A stretch of 24,435 bases of DNA from Coprothermobacterota bacterium (GTDB taxonomy: Bacteria; Coprothermobacterota; HKB111), in assembly GCA_037440465.1 (NCBI GenBank), contig JBBIUB010000017.1:1-24435 (forward strand). Reading direction: 5' to 3'. Within the stretch, counting starts at the first letter, position 1, and the number at the start of each line of letters is the position of its first letter. A program made the position numbers and the translations under genes. The notes below the pieces were generated by a model. The model made no database searches and was not told where the DNA came from. It worked only from the letters and a program-made list of their open reading frames with translations. Shown piece after piece: positions 9,567 through 18,347 of the stretch.

Positions 9567-10310
9567 TTAGATGGCAATTTTTTGCATCTCTTCCGTATCC
9601 ATATCAAAATTGGAGTGAACATTTTGAATATCATCACGATCTTCTAATAATTCCAGAAATTTAAGTAATTTTAAGGCTGGTTCTCCAGTCAAGCGAATAG
9701 TTGTTTGGGGAACTTTCTCTATTTGAAATCTCTGGGTCGGTATTTTTTCTTTATCCAGAGCATTTTTTACTGATAATAATTCTTGTGTTTTTGTAAAAAT
9801 CCGATGGCAATCCTCATCCTTGACCACATCTTCAGCTCCATACTCTAAAGCCAGGCTTATTAGTATATCTTCATCTATATCCAGCGGAACTTCTATTACT
9901 CCTTTTGAGTTAAACATCCAGGAGACACATCCAGTTTCTCCTATTGAACCTCCATGCTTGCTAAACAAGCTTCTTATTTCAGAAATACTCCGATTTTTAT
10001 TGTCGGTTAAAACTTCCACCATAATTGCCACTCCATGGGGTCCATAACCTTCATAAAGAAACTCTTCAAAAGTTACTCCACCAGCTTCGCCACTGCCTTT
10101 TTTAATAGCTCTTTCAATATTATCTGAAGGCATATTTACTGATTTAGCTTTATCAATTGCCAGCCTTAAACGGTAATTAATTTCTGGGTTATTACCATAC
10201 CGGGCAGATACCATAATTTCTCGGGCAATTTTACTGAAGACATTACCCTTTATAGCATCCATCTTGCCTTTTTTTAATCTAATATTGTGCCACTTAGAAT
10301 GACCTGACAT
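9567..10310 (-). CDS. yebC: YebC/PmpR/TACO1 family protein
   Basis: MSGHSKWHNI start, NMPSDNIERAIKK, YEGYGPHG, LTDNKNR, DDIQNVHSN. Confidence 0.96.
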   Translation of the reverse strand: MSGHSKWHNIRLKKGKMDAIKGNVFSKIAREIMVSARYGNNPEINYRLRLAIDKAKSVNMPSDNIERAIKKGSGEAGGVTFEEFLYEGYGPHGVAIMVEVLTDNKNRSISEIRSLFSKHGGSIGETGCVSWMFNSKGVIEVPLDIDEDILISLALEYGAEDVVKDEDCHRIFTKTQELLSVKNALDKEKIPTQRFQIEKVPQTTIRLTGEPALKLLKFLELLEDRDDIQNVHSNFDMDTEEMQKIAI

Positions 10311-10315
10311 CTCAT

Positions 10316-10894
10316 TTACCTTCCTGTATTCTTTATCATATCCAGGAAAAATGAATGGATTCTTCCCTCTCCAATCAATTCTGGATGAAAAGTAGCAGCC
10401 AGAATATTTTTTTCCTTGACCAAAACTGGCATTTCTTCTAATTTAGCGAGTATTTCTATCTGAGGTCCTGTTTCAATAATCTGTGGAGCTCGGATGAAAA
10501 CCCCTTTTATTGCAGAACCACCCAGGCTCTTTACATATATTTCTTCTTCCCAACTCTCTTTCTGTCTACCGTAAGCGTTTCTTCTCACAATAATATCCAG
10601 GACTCCCAAAGTAGGAAAATCTTCTCCTTCAACTTTCTTAGAAAGAAGTACAAGACCAGCGCAGGTACCAAAAACAGGAAGACCTCCTTCAAGGCGTACT
10701 TTCAATATTTCCCAAATGTTTCGTCTCATACTGAGACACCTCATAGAAGTACTTTCACCACCGGGTATAATAAGTCCGTTTAAATTCTCAAAGTCCCTGG
10801 ATTCCTTCACCAGAACTGCTCTAATACCGAGGTTTGAGATAACTCTTTGATGTTCCAGGTAATCCCCTTGAAGGGCTAAAACACCAATTATCAT
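10316..10894 (-). CDS. pdxT: Pyridoxal 5'-phosphate synthase glutaminase subunit
   Basis: IGVLALQG, IIPGGES, GTCAG (catalytic Cys), RNAYGRQ, FIRAP, FHPE; the ATG at 10894 overlaps the pdxS TAA. Confidence 0.95.
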   Translation of the reverse strand: MIIGVLALQGDYLEHQRVISNLGIRAVLVKESRDFENLNGLIIPGGESTSMRCLSMRRNIWEILKVRLEGGLPVFGTCAGLVLLSKKVEGEDFPTLGVLDIIVRRNAYGRQKESWEEEIYVKSLGGSAIKGVFIRAPQIIETGPQIEILAKLEEMPVLVKEKNILAATFHPELIGEGRIHSFFLDMIKNTGR

Positions 10895-11784
10895 TACCAA
10901 CCTCTGTTTTGAAGAAGTTCCTCTTCCTTGAGTTTCTTTACATCAAGACCAACCATCGCTTTACCCAATCCCCTTGAAACTTCCTTTAACACCTCAGGTC
11001 TATCATAATATGTCACAGCCTCTACAATTGCTCCAGCGCGTCTTTCGGGATCTTCAGATTTAAATATACCTGAACCAACAAATACACCATCACATCCAAG
11101 CTGCATCATCAAAGCTGCATCAGCCGGGGTAGCTATCCCTCCAGCAGCAAAATTAACCACAGGTAATCTTTTCAGCCCTTTTACTTCTAACAACAAATCA
11201 ATGGAAGAACCGATTTCTTTTGAATATTTAACCAGTTCTTCAAGTTCCATAAGAGATACTTTTCTGATGCCTTCATTCATAGTTCTCATGTGACGAACTG
11301 CTTCTACTATATTTCCAGTTCCAGCTTCTCCCTTTGTTCTAATCATGGCCGCACCTTCAGCAATTCTCCTTAAAGCCTCTCCAAGGTCCCTGGCTCCGCA
11401 TACGACTGGTGTCTTGAATAAATGCTTATTAATATGGTAACTCTCATCTGCAGGTGTCAACACTTCTGACTCATCAATAAAGTCCACTCCAATAGCTTCC
11501 AATATCTGAGCTTCTACAAAGTGACCTATTCTTACTTTCGCCATAACAGGTATAGTTACAACCTTCATAATCTCTTCTATAATTGTGGGGTCAGCCATTC
11601 TCGCAACACCACCTTCTGCCCTGATATCAGCTGGAACCCTTTCTAAAGCCATAACCGCTGCAGCGCCTGCTTTTTCTGCTATCTCTGCTTGCTGGGGACT
11701 CACCACATCCATTATTACTCCGCCCTTAAGCATCTGAGCCAGTCCCCTTTTTATCAGAATCGTGCCTTTTTCCATCCTTTTCAC
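10894..11784 (-). CDS. pdxS: Pyridoxal 5'-phosphate synthase lyase subunit
   Basis: [64 protein letters not shown]-terminal RGW; GGAGG before the GTG. Confidence 0.97.
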   Translation of the reverse strand: MKRMEKGTILIKRGLAQMLKGGVIMDVVSPQQAEIAEKAGAAAVMALERVPADIRAEGGVARMADPTIIEEIMKVVTIPVMAKVRIGHFVEAQILEAIGVDFIDESEVLTPADESYHINKHLFKTPVVCGARDLGEALRRIAEGAAMIRTKGEAGTGNIVEAVRHMRTMNEGIRKVSLMELEELVKYSKEIGSSIDLLLEVKGLKRLPVVNFAAGGIATPADAALMMQLGCDGVFVGSGIFKSEDPERRAGAIVEAVTYYDRPEVLKEVSRGLGKAMVGLDVKKLKEEELLQNRGW

Positions 11785-11818
11785 GCCTCCTACAAATAAT
11801 TAAAGTCACCTTTCACTA

Positions 11819-13060
11819 TTAAGCAATGCCCTTCTTCAACTCTAAAATGGGTGGTATCTTTTTTAATACCACCTCATTATTAATAACTATTTTTTTTACT
11901 TCTCCTTTTGAAGGTATTTCGTACATTATTTCAAGCATTATATCTTCCAATACAGCTCTCAACCCTCTGGCACCAGTACCCCTCATAATGGATTCTGAAG
12001 CAATGGCTTGCAATCCATCGTTAGTAAATTCAAGTTCAACGCCATCCAGAGAAAGAAGATATTCATACTGTTTTACTAAAGAGTTTCTGGGTTTTGTCAA
12101 AATTTCTTTAAGGTCTTCAGCTGTCAGATTATGAACGGGTACCAACACTGGAAAACGACCCACAAACTCTGGTATCATACCAAATTTAAGTAGATCATGG
12201 GGTAGAATATCTAAAAGATAGTTCTGAGCATTGTTCTCAATATGGTCACGTCCAAATCCAACAGCAATCTTCTTTTTTCTCTCAAAAATTATTTTCTCAA
12301 GTCCTTCAAAGGACCCACCTGCAATAAAAAGTATATGATTTGTGTTCACCTGAATAAACTCCTGATGAGGGTGTTTTCTTCCGCCTTGAGGGGGAACATT
12401 AGCAATTGTACCCTCAACTATTCTTAAAAGAGCCTGCTGTACACCTTCACCAGAAACATCTCTCGTAATAGATGGATTTTCACTTTTACGGGTTATTTTA
12501 TCTATCTCGTCAAGATATATAATTCCCTGTTCTCCTTTTTTTATATTGAAATCAGCAGCTTGAATTAGCCTTAATATTACATTTTCTACATCTTCACCCA
12601 CATATCCTGCTTCAGTTAAGGTAGTCGCATCTGCCATAGCAAATGGAACATCCAGGAACTTTGCCAGTGTTTGGGCTAAGTAAGTCTTGCCTACACCAGT
12701 CGGGCCAATGAGTAGAATATTGCTTTTTTGAATCTCAACATTATTTTCTTTTTTCTCTTTTAGTGCCGAAAATAGTCTTTTATAGTGGTTGTAGACAGCT
12801 ACAGAAAGTACTTTTTTTGCACGATCTTGCCCTATTACATACTCATCAAGAAATGTTTTTATCTCTGCAGGTTTTGGAAGATGACCAGGTTTAAGATCCT
12901 GGCGAGGTATTGTTTCATCTTGAACTAAATCATAAGCAAGCTCAACACAACTTGAACAAATATATACACCCCGCGGTCCGGTAATAAGTTTCTTTACCTC
13001 AACCTGACTCCTATTACAGAAAGAGCAGCGTGGTGTGCGAGAGCTTCTCTGCTCAACCAA
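11819..13060 (-). CDS. clpX: ATP-dependent Clp protease ATP-binding subunit ClpX
   Basis: C4 zinc finger [50 protein letters not shown] loop, GARGLR; TTG start after GGAGG. Confidence 0.97.
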   Translation of the reverse strand: MVEQRSSRTPRCSFCNRSQVEVKKLITGPRGVYICSSCVELAYDLVQDETIPRQDLKPGHLPKPAEIKTFLDEYVIGQDRAKKVLSVAVYNHYKRLFSALKEKKENNVEIQKSNILLIGPTGVGKTYLAQTLAKFLDVPFAMADATTLTEAGYVGEDVENVILRLIQAADFNIKKGEQGIIYLDEIDKITRKSENPSITRDVSGEGVQQALLRIVEGTIANVPPQGGRKHPHQEFIQVNTNHILFIAGGSFEGLEKIIFERKKKIAVGFGRDHIENNAQNYLLDILPHDLLKFGMIPEFVGRFPVLVPVHNLTAEDLKEILTKPRNSLVKQYEYLLSLDGVELEFTNDGLQAIASESIMRGTGARGLRAVLEDIMLEIMYEIPSKGEVKKIVINNEVVLKKIPPILELKKGIA

Positions 13061-13655
13061 TCTTGACCTCCTTATGGTAACCTACAATTTCGTCAATTAA
13101 ACCATATTCTTTTGCCTCCTGAGGAGACATATAGAAATCTCTATCAGTATCCTCCTCAATAACCTTCAATGGTTTACCGCTATGATAGGAAAGAAGCTCG
13201 TTAACCAACCGCTTCATTTTTGTTATCTCTTTAGCCTGGATTTCAATATCAGATGCCTGCCCTTGAACTCCACCCCAGGGTTGATGAATCATTATGCGGG
13301 AATGAGGTAAAGAAAACCTTTTACCAATTGTCCCTGCTGTAAGAAGTAAGGCTGCCACACTGGCTGCCTGACCCACACAGTAAGTTGAGACAGGCGGCTT
13401 GATATATTGAATGGTATCATAGATAGCCAAACCAGCTGATAGTGAACCACCCGGACTGTTTATATATAGGTAAATATCCTTTTTAGAATCCTCAGCTTCT
13501 AAAAACAAGAATTGAGCGATAATCACATTAGCTGAATCATCCATAACAGGACCACCCAGGAAAATTATCCTGTCTCTTAATAGACGAGAATAAATATCAT
13601 AAGCTCTTTCTACACGACCAGTTTGCTCTATTACTATAGGAATAAGAGGGCTCAT
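13053..13655 (-). CDS. clpP: ATP-dependent Clp protease proteolytic subunit
   Basis: [16 protein letters not shown], catalytic Ser (QAAS), His (MIHQP), Asp (DRDFYM). Confidence 0.97.
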   Translation of the reverse strand: MSPLIPIVIEQTGRVERAYDIYSRLLRDRIIFLGGPVMDDSANVIIAQFLFLEAEDSKKDIYLYINSPGGSLSAGLAIYDTIQYIKPPVSTYCVGQAASVAALLLTAGTIGKRFSLPHSRIMIHQPWGGVQGQASDIEIQAKEITKMKRLVNELLSYHSGKPLKVIEEDTDRDFYMSPQEAKEYGLIDEIVGYHKEVKIG

Positions 13656-14899
13656 TAAACCTCCTTTACTTTAATAGATGATAAGAGTATCTCCAGCATT
13701 TTCTCTCTGAGTAGATAATTATTAATCCTTCTCATCCCATCAGGTTTAAGTCTTGATTTAAGTTGTGGAAGAGTCAATCCTTCTTTTTTTGCTAATTCTT
13801 TTAACTCTTTCTCTATTTCTTCTTCAGATACTGTAAGCTCCTTATCTCTTGCAAGTTGTTCCAATAACAATCTATATTCTAACCTTCTTTTAGCTAAAAT
13901 CTTCATTTCTTCTTGAAAGGCTGACATTTCTTTACCTTTAATTTCAAGATATTTCTCCAGGGTCAAATCTTTCTTCCCAAGGTCTTCCAAAAACTCTCCA
14001 ATAACCTCATCAGTCTCATCCTCAACCAAACCTGAAGGGATGCGAAATTCTGATTCACTAAGTAGAGTATCAATAATCGCATTTGTTTTTACCTCCTTCT
14101 CCCTTTTGAGTATTGCAATACTGGACTTTTCTTCTAACTGATTCATCATTATCTCGAGGGATTGATGGCCCAGTCTTCTGGCAAGTTCCTCATCAATAAC
14201 TGGCAGTTCTTTCTCGTAAACTGCCTCAAGAAGAACTTTCCCTCTAAGAGGCGATTCACCAACTATCAACTCGAATTCCCTCTCTTCACCAGGCAACATA
14301 CCTGCCACTTGTTCATCAAACCCAGGATAAAACTCTTCTTTACCAAGATTAATTCTGATACGTTCTTGCTTGTCATTTTCACCAAACTTGTAGGAAAAAA
14401 GGGCTACTTTACCTGGTTCAGATGGAGTATTTTCCAAAAGAGAGAGGTGGGAGAGTCCTTCCTGAAGAGATTGTAAATTAAATTCTAACTCTTCTTCAAA
14501 ACTTGGTAATCGAGGTATTTCAATATTTATTTCATCCAAATCCTTTTTTATAGTTACACCAGGCTCTAAATCAATAGTTACCAGGAAAATTGGTTTTCCT
14601 TCGTCATCCTTCTTAATCTCCAGGTTATTTATACGGAGAGCTTTGATATTAGCCTCCTTTATGGTTTCAGGATAAGTTTTTCGTAGAACATCTTCGGAGG
14701 CATATTCAAAAAGCTTGTCTCCTCCAACACGGGTTGCCACCATATTTAATGGTGCCTTACCTACCCTGAAACCAGGCACCTTTGTCTGTTTGGCTTCTTT
14801 CAGAAGAACTTCTTCCTTAGCTTTCTCCCACAAAGAAGTGGAAACACCGTACTCCAGATATGCCTGGTGTCCTTCTAAAAGCTCACTCTTTAAAATCAA
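13655..14899 (-). CDS. tig: Trigger factor
   Basis: Ribosome-binding signature [14 protein letters not shown]-like [17 protein letters not shown], helical C-terminal domain; canonical tig-clpP-clpX order; TTG start with AAGGAGG upstream. Confidence 0.9.
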   Translation of the reverse strand: MILKSELLEGHQAYLEYGVSTSLWEKAKEEVLLKEAKQTKVPGFRVGKAPLNMVATRVGGDKLFEYASEDVLRKTYPETIKEANIKALRINNLEIKKDDEGKPIFLVTIDLEPGVTIKKDLDEINIEIPRLPSFEEELEFNLQSLQEGLSHLSLLENTPSEPGKVALFSYKFGENDKQERIRINLGKEEFYPGFDEQVAGMLPGEEREFELIVGESPLRGKVLLEAVYEKELPVIDEELARRLGHQSLEIMMNQLEEKSSIAILKREKEVKTNAIIDTLLSESEFRIPSGLVEDETDEVIGEFLEDLGKKDLTLEKYLEIKGKEMSAFQEEMKILAKRRLEYRLLLEQLARDKELTVSEEEIEKELKELAKKEGLTLPQLKSRLKPDGMRRINNYLLREKMLEILLSSIKVKEV

Positions 14900-14922
14900 T
14901 TTCCTTACATCCTCCTTTATTT

Positions 14923-14950
14923 ATTATATACTCTTCAGTGTCATGTTCAA
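14923..14950 (-). promoter_or_regulatory. Putative sigma70-type promoter for tig
   Basis: Minus strand TTGAAC-N16-TATAAT immediately upstream of the tig SD. Confidence 0.55.
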
Positions 14951-15061
14951 TAAATATCATTACAATAAACTTCTTCGATGAACACGACACTTCCAAAGAG
15001 GCTTTACCCTATGGCGTACCGCACATAATATTTAAATTACAGGACACTCGTAATAGAGCTA

Positions 15062-15097
15062 AATAATATTAAAGCCTCATCAATAGAGAGGCTTAAT
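15062..15097 (-). terminator. Probable intrinsic terminator after the tRNA cluster
   Basis: Stem AAGCCTC (15072-15078) / GAGGCTT (15088-15094) with a 9-nt loop, followed on the minus strand by an AT-rich tail; about 35 nt past the tRNA-Gly 3' end. Confidence 0.55.
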
Positions 15098-15130
15098 CGC
15101 TGAGTAATTTACTTCTATGTATAAATAATA

Positions 15131-15205
15131 TGGAGCGGGAAACGAGATTTGAACTCGCGACCTTCTCCGTGGCAGGGAGACGCTCTACCGCTGAGCTATT
15201 CCCGC
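15131..15205 (-). tRNA. tRNA-Gly (GCC)
   Basis: GCGGGAATAGCTCAGCGGTAGAGCG-TCTCC-CTGCCAC-GGAGA...GTTCAAATC...TTCCCGCTCCA; 75 nt, CCA encoded. Confidence 0.96.
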
Positions 15206-15215
15206 TCAATTTTCC

Positions 15216-15303
15216 TGGTGCGAAGGGGGGGAGTTGAACCCCCATGGGGTTTCCCCCACTGGATCCTAAGTCCAGTGCGTCTGCCAGGTTCCGCCACCCT
15301 CGC
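15216..15303 (-). tRNA. tRNA-Leu (TAG)
   Basis: GCGAGGGTGGCGGAACCTGGCAGACGCA-CTGGA-CTTAGGA-TCCAG, long variable arm GGGG-AAA-CCCC, GGTTCAACTCC, ends ACCA; 88 nt. Confidence 0.96.
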
Positions 15304-15311
15304 TTTTTTAA

Positions 15312-15387
15312 TGGTGAGTCGTACAGGACTCGAACCTGTAACCCTCTGATTAAGAGTCAGATGCTCTACCGGTTGAGCTAACGACCC
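15312..15387 (-). tRNA. tRNA-Lys (CTT)
   Basis: GGGTCGTTAGCTCAACCGGTAGAGCA-TCTGA-CTCTTAA-TCAGA...GGTTCGAGTCC...ACGACTCACCA; 76 nt. Confidence 0.96.
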
Positions 15388-15409
15388 ACATTACCAATCG
15401 AGCCTTAGC

Positions 15410-15438
15410 ATTTTAACCTTTTAAGGCTCAGCCGTCAA
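15410..15438 (-). promoter_or_regulatory. Sigma70-type promoter of the tRNA operon
   Basis: Minus strand TTGACG-N17-TAAAAT ending 22 nt upstream of tRNA-Lys. Confidence 0.75.
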
Positions 15439-15580
15439 TAGCTTTTAAGAACTTTTACTCCTGAACCATTGAATCAATGAAACAATTCCTACCAGACCAA
15501 AACCAACTACATCGGTTTGAATAGTAGGATTAATAAGTACTAAAGGTAATTCTATTCTTATTATAATTGAATTACAGTAG

Positions 15581-15650
15581 TTGTCAATAGTGATGGAAAT
15601 TTGTAAAATACTACAGTCTGTTCGTGCAAATATTTATTTTGTGGTATACT
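15581..15650 (+). promoter_or_regulatory. Putative promoter(s) of the nfeD-floA operon
   Basis: TTGTCA(15581)-N17-TAAAAT(15604) and a second, extended -10 TGGTATACT (15642-15650); SD AAGGGAG before the ATG at 15672. Confidence 0.55.
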
Positions 15651-15671
15651 TCTATCTGAAAGGGAGTAAAT

Positions 15672-16964
15672 ATGAGAAAAGTAATACTTATTTCAATTTT
15701 GATTTTACTTTATGGAACTATGGGTCTTGCAGAAGGAAGCTCTCCAACAGAAGTTAGTACTGTTTATATCATTCCTATTTCAGGGACTGTTGACCACGGC
15801 ATGGCAGCCATGGTAAAACGAGTCGTCAATGGAGTTAAACCTCAGGATGTTATCATCCTGAGTATTGACACCTTCGGAGGACTGGTAGACGCTGCTACTA
15901 TAATCAAGGATTCTCTAGTAAAAGCACCGGTAGAAACAATAGCATTTGTAGAGAAAAGAGCTTGGTCAGCAGGAGCTCTCATTACTATTGCCTGTAAAAA
16001 GATAGTTATGGCTCCCGGTTCTTCTTTAGGTGCAGCTGAACCAAGACCAGCAGATGAAAAGACCATATCTGCCCTTAAGGGAGAATTTGAGTCCACAGCT
16101 GAAGCCAGAGGTAGAGACCCCAAGATAGCAGGAGCTATGGTAGACAAGAATATTTCTATTGAAAACCTGGTTAATTCTGGTGAGCTTTTAACCCTCACAG
16201 CAGACAAAGCCAAAGAAGTCGGTTATGCAGATTTCTTTCTTTCAACGCAGGATGAACTCTTCAATGAATTGGGTTTAAAAGGAGCAAAGATCATAGAGGT
16301 CAAGCTCAACTGGGCAGAATATATAACCAGATGGCTCACTGAGCCAACTATCCTTTCAATGCTTTTGACTTTTGGTTTTCTGGGCATCTTCTTTGAACTT
16401 CAAACACCCGGATGGGGAATTCCGGGTACTTTCGGGGCTATTTCCTTAGTCCTTTATTTTGGAGGTAGATATATGGCAGGATTGGCTGGATGGGAGTACA
16501 TGCTTCTTATTCTGGCAGGCTTAGGTCTTATTTTTATTGAAATGCATACCCCGGGTTTCGGGGTGGCAGGAATTACTGGAATAAGTGCTGTGGCAATTGG
16601 TATGTTTCTTTCTCTTGGTGGACTGGAGAATATTGTCCCTTCTCTAATAGGAGCGACTGTTGCCATATTGGTGGTGGTAATAACTCTCGTGATATATTTA
16701 CCGCGAAGCCGGGTCTGGAAAAGTCTTGGTCTTCAGAAGGAAGAGAAGGTAGAAGAAGGTTATATAGCTCCCAGAGATTATGAAAGTTTACTGGGTAAGA
16801 AAGGCGTAGCTATTACAATGCTAAGGCCAACAGGTATTGCTCTCATTGAAGGTGCAAGAATTAATGTTCAGACCAATGGTGAATTCCTTCCACCTAACAC
16901 TCCTGTGGAGATTATTCAGGTGGAAGGTGTTAAAATTATAGTAACAAAAAATACTAAAACTTAA
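15672..16964 (+). CDS. nfeD: Long-form NfeD (YqeZ-like): membrane-bound serine protease domain, TM domain and C-terminal OB fold
   Basis: Signal-like N-terminus, IDTFGG, AWSAGA (Ser), MAPGSSLGAA, DEK (Lys), GELLTLT, E..TPG repeats in the TM region, C-terminal LRPTG....G; upstream of floA. Confidence 0.9.
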   Translation: MRKVILISILILLYGTMGLAEGSSPTEVSTVYIIPISGTVDHGMAAMVKRVVNGVKPQDVIILSIDTFGGLVDAATIIKDSLVKAPVETIAFVEKRAWSAGALITIACKKIVMAPGSSLGAAEPRPADEKTISALKGEFESTAEARGRDPKIAGAMVDKNISIENLVNSGELLTLTADKAKEVGYADFFLSTQDELFNELGLKGAKIIEVKLNWAEYITRWLTEPTILSMLLTFGFLGIFFELQTPGWGIPGTFGAISLVLYFGGRYMAGLAGWEYMLLILAGLGLIFIEMHTPGFGVAGITGISAVAIGMFLSLGGLENIVPSLIGATVAILVVVITLVIYLPRSRVWKSLGLQKEEKVEEGYIAPRDYESLLGKKGVAITMLRPTGIALIEGARINVQTNGEFLPPNTPVEIIQVEGVKIIVTKNTKT

Positions 16965-16979
16965 AAGGAGGTTGGTGAT

Positions 16980-17978
16980 ATGCTTACCCAATTAACACAA
17001 GCACTGGGTCCCTTTGTTACCTTGATAATAGTAATTATCCTGCTTATTCTTTTTTTCCAATTTGTGCCACTGGGGTTGTGGATCTCCGCTTTAGCTGCAG
17101 GAGTAAAAATTATGGTCATGACCTTGATAGGTATGAGGTTGAGAAGGGTTCCTGCCCATCTCATTGTTATTCCTCTTATCAAATCTACGAAAGCAGGAAT
17201 ACAGCTTTCGGTTGATAAACTGGAAGCACACTACCTGGCAGGTGGAAATGTTGACAGGGTTGTAAATGCCATAATTGCTGCTCAAAGAGCAGGCATACCC
17301 TTAACTTTTGAGAGAGCATCTGCCATTGACCTGGCGGGTAGGAATGTGCATGAAGCTGTACAAATGTCCGTTATCCCCAAGGTCATAGAGACTCCGTTGA
17401 TAGCAGCAGTAGCTAAGGATGGTATTGAGCTTAAAGCGAGGGCGAGGGTAACTGTTAGGGCTAACATAGACCGATTGGTAGGTGGCGCAGGCGAAGAGAC
17501 CGTTATAGCCAGGGTTGGTGAAGGTATAGTTACCACTATTGGTTCTTCCGCAACTCACAAAGCTGTTTTAGAAAACCCCGATGCTATTTCCAAGACAGTT
17601 CTATCAAAAGGGCTTGATGCAGGTACTGCTTTTGAAATTCTATCAATTGATATCGCGGATGTAGATGTAGGACAGAACATTGGGGCTAAACTCCAGATAG
17701 ATCAGGCTGAGGCAGATAAAAAGATAGCCCAGGCTAAAGCAGAAGAGCGTAGGGCATTAGCCATTGCTAGAGAACAGGAAATGAAAGCTTACACCCAGGA
17801 GATGAGAGCTAAAGTAGTTGAAGCAGAAAGGGAAGTACCTCAGGCCATAGCTCAAGCCCTTAGGGAAGGTAAGCTTGGAGTATTTGAATACCTTGGCATG
17901 AAGAATGTTATTGCTGATACTGATATGAGAGACTCCATCTCTAAGATGGGAGATAAGAAGGATAAGGAGCAACCATAA
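16980..17978 (+). CDS. floA: Flotillin-like protein FloA (YqfA family)
   Basis: [87 protein letters not shown]. Confidence 0.94.
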   Translation: MLTQLTQALGPFVTLIIVIILLILFFQFVPLGLWISALAAGVKIMVMTLIGMRLRRVPAHLIVIPLIKSTKAGIQLSVDKLEAHYLAGGNVDRVVNAIIAAQRAGIPLTFERASAIDLAGRNVHEAVQMSVIPKVIETPLIAAVAKDGIELKARARVTVRANIDRLVGGAGEETVIARVGEGIVTTIGSSATHKAVLENPDAISKTVLSKGLDAGTAFEILSIDIADVDVGQNIGAKLQIDQAEADKKIAQAKAEERRALAIAREQEMKAYTQEMRAKVVEAEREVPQAIAQALREGKLGVFEYLGMKNVIADTDMRDSISKMGDKKDKEQP

Positions 17979-17981
17979 AAA

Positions 17982-18347
17982 ATGGAAATCTTTATCTGGG
18001 TGATAGTTTACCTGATATTTGCCATAATTTCTGGAGTATTTTCAGCTAAAAAACCCAGAAAAACCCCCCCTCCGCCAAGGAGGGAGCCACCAATAATCAT
18101 AAAACAAATCCCAGTTGAAAAACCACCCAGAGAAGCTACTTTTTCTACAGTCATTGAGGAGGAAGAAGAGAAAGAAAAAATATCTTTAGAAGAAGAAATA
18201 GAAAGGGGAGGGTTTATAGAAGCCCTCCCCTTTACCCCTGACAGGGTACTTAGCGGAATTATCTACTCTCAGATTTTACGCCCGCCCGTTGGTTTACGTT
18301 TCATTCCGAAAAAGATATCAGCAGGAAAAACTATCTCCCAGAAATAA
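17982..18347 (+). CDS. Small membrane-anchored protein, positional equivalent of YqfB
   Basis: N-terminal hydrophobic helix, Pro-rich then acidic linker, C-terminal GIIYSQILRPP; 3 nt after the floA stop. Confidence 0.7.
   Translation: MEIFIWVIVYLIFAIISGVFSAKKPRKTPPPPRREPPIIIKQIPVEKPPREATFSTVIEEEEEKEKISLEEEIERGGFIEALPFTPDRVLSGIIYSQILRPPVGLRFIPKKISAGKTISQK

Noticed and set aside
2398..14981. Numerous 60-107 aa plus-strand ORFs opposite the housekeeping genes
   Set aside because: Antisense shadows of well-supported genes, with no SD or motif support.
14900..15130. CIRCE or CtsR heat-shock operators upstream of tig-clpP-clpX; ORF 14860-15066
   Set aside because: No TTAGCACTC-N9-GAGTGCTAA or GGTCAAA repeat seen; the ORF overlaps tig and its promoter and has no recognisable features.
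15131..15387. tRNA cluster as an integration site; ORF 15149-15349
   Set aside because: No integrase or duplicated tRNA 3' end seen in the window; the ORF is simply the antisense of the tRNAs. None of the three tRNAs is a Tgt substrate.
15478..15621. SigW/ECF-type promoter for nfeD-floA
   Set aside because: TGAAAC at 15478 lacks a CGT-type -10 at the right spacing, and GGAAAT..GTCTG at 15595-15620 is only a loose match; sigma70-like elements explain the region better.
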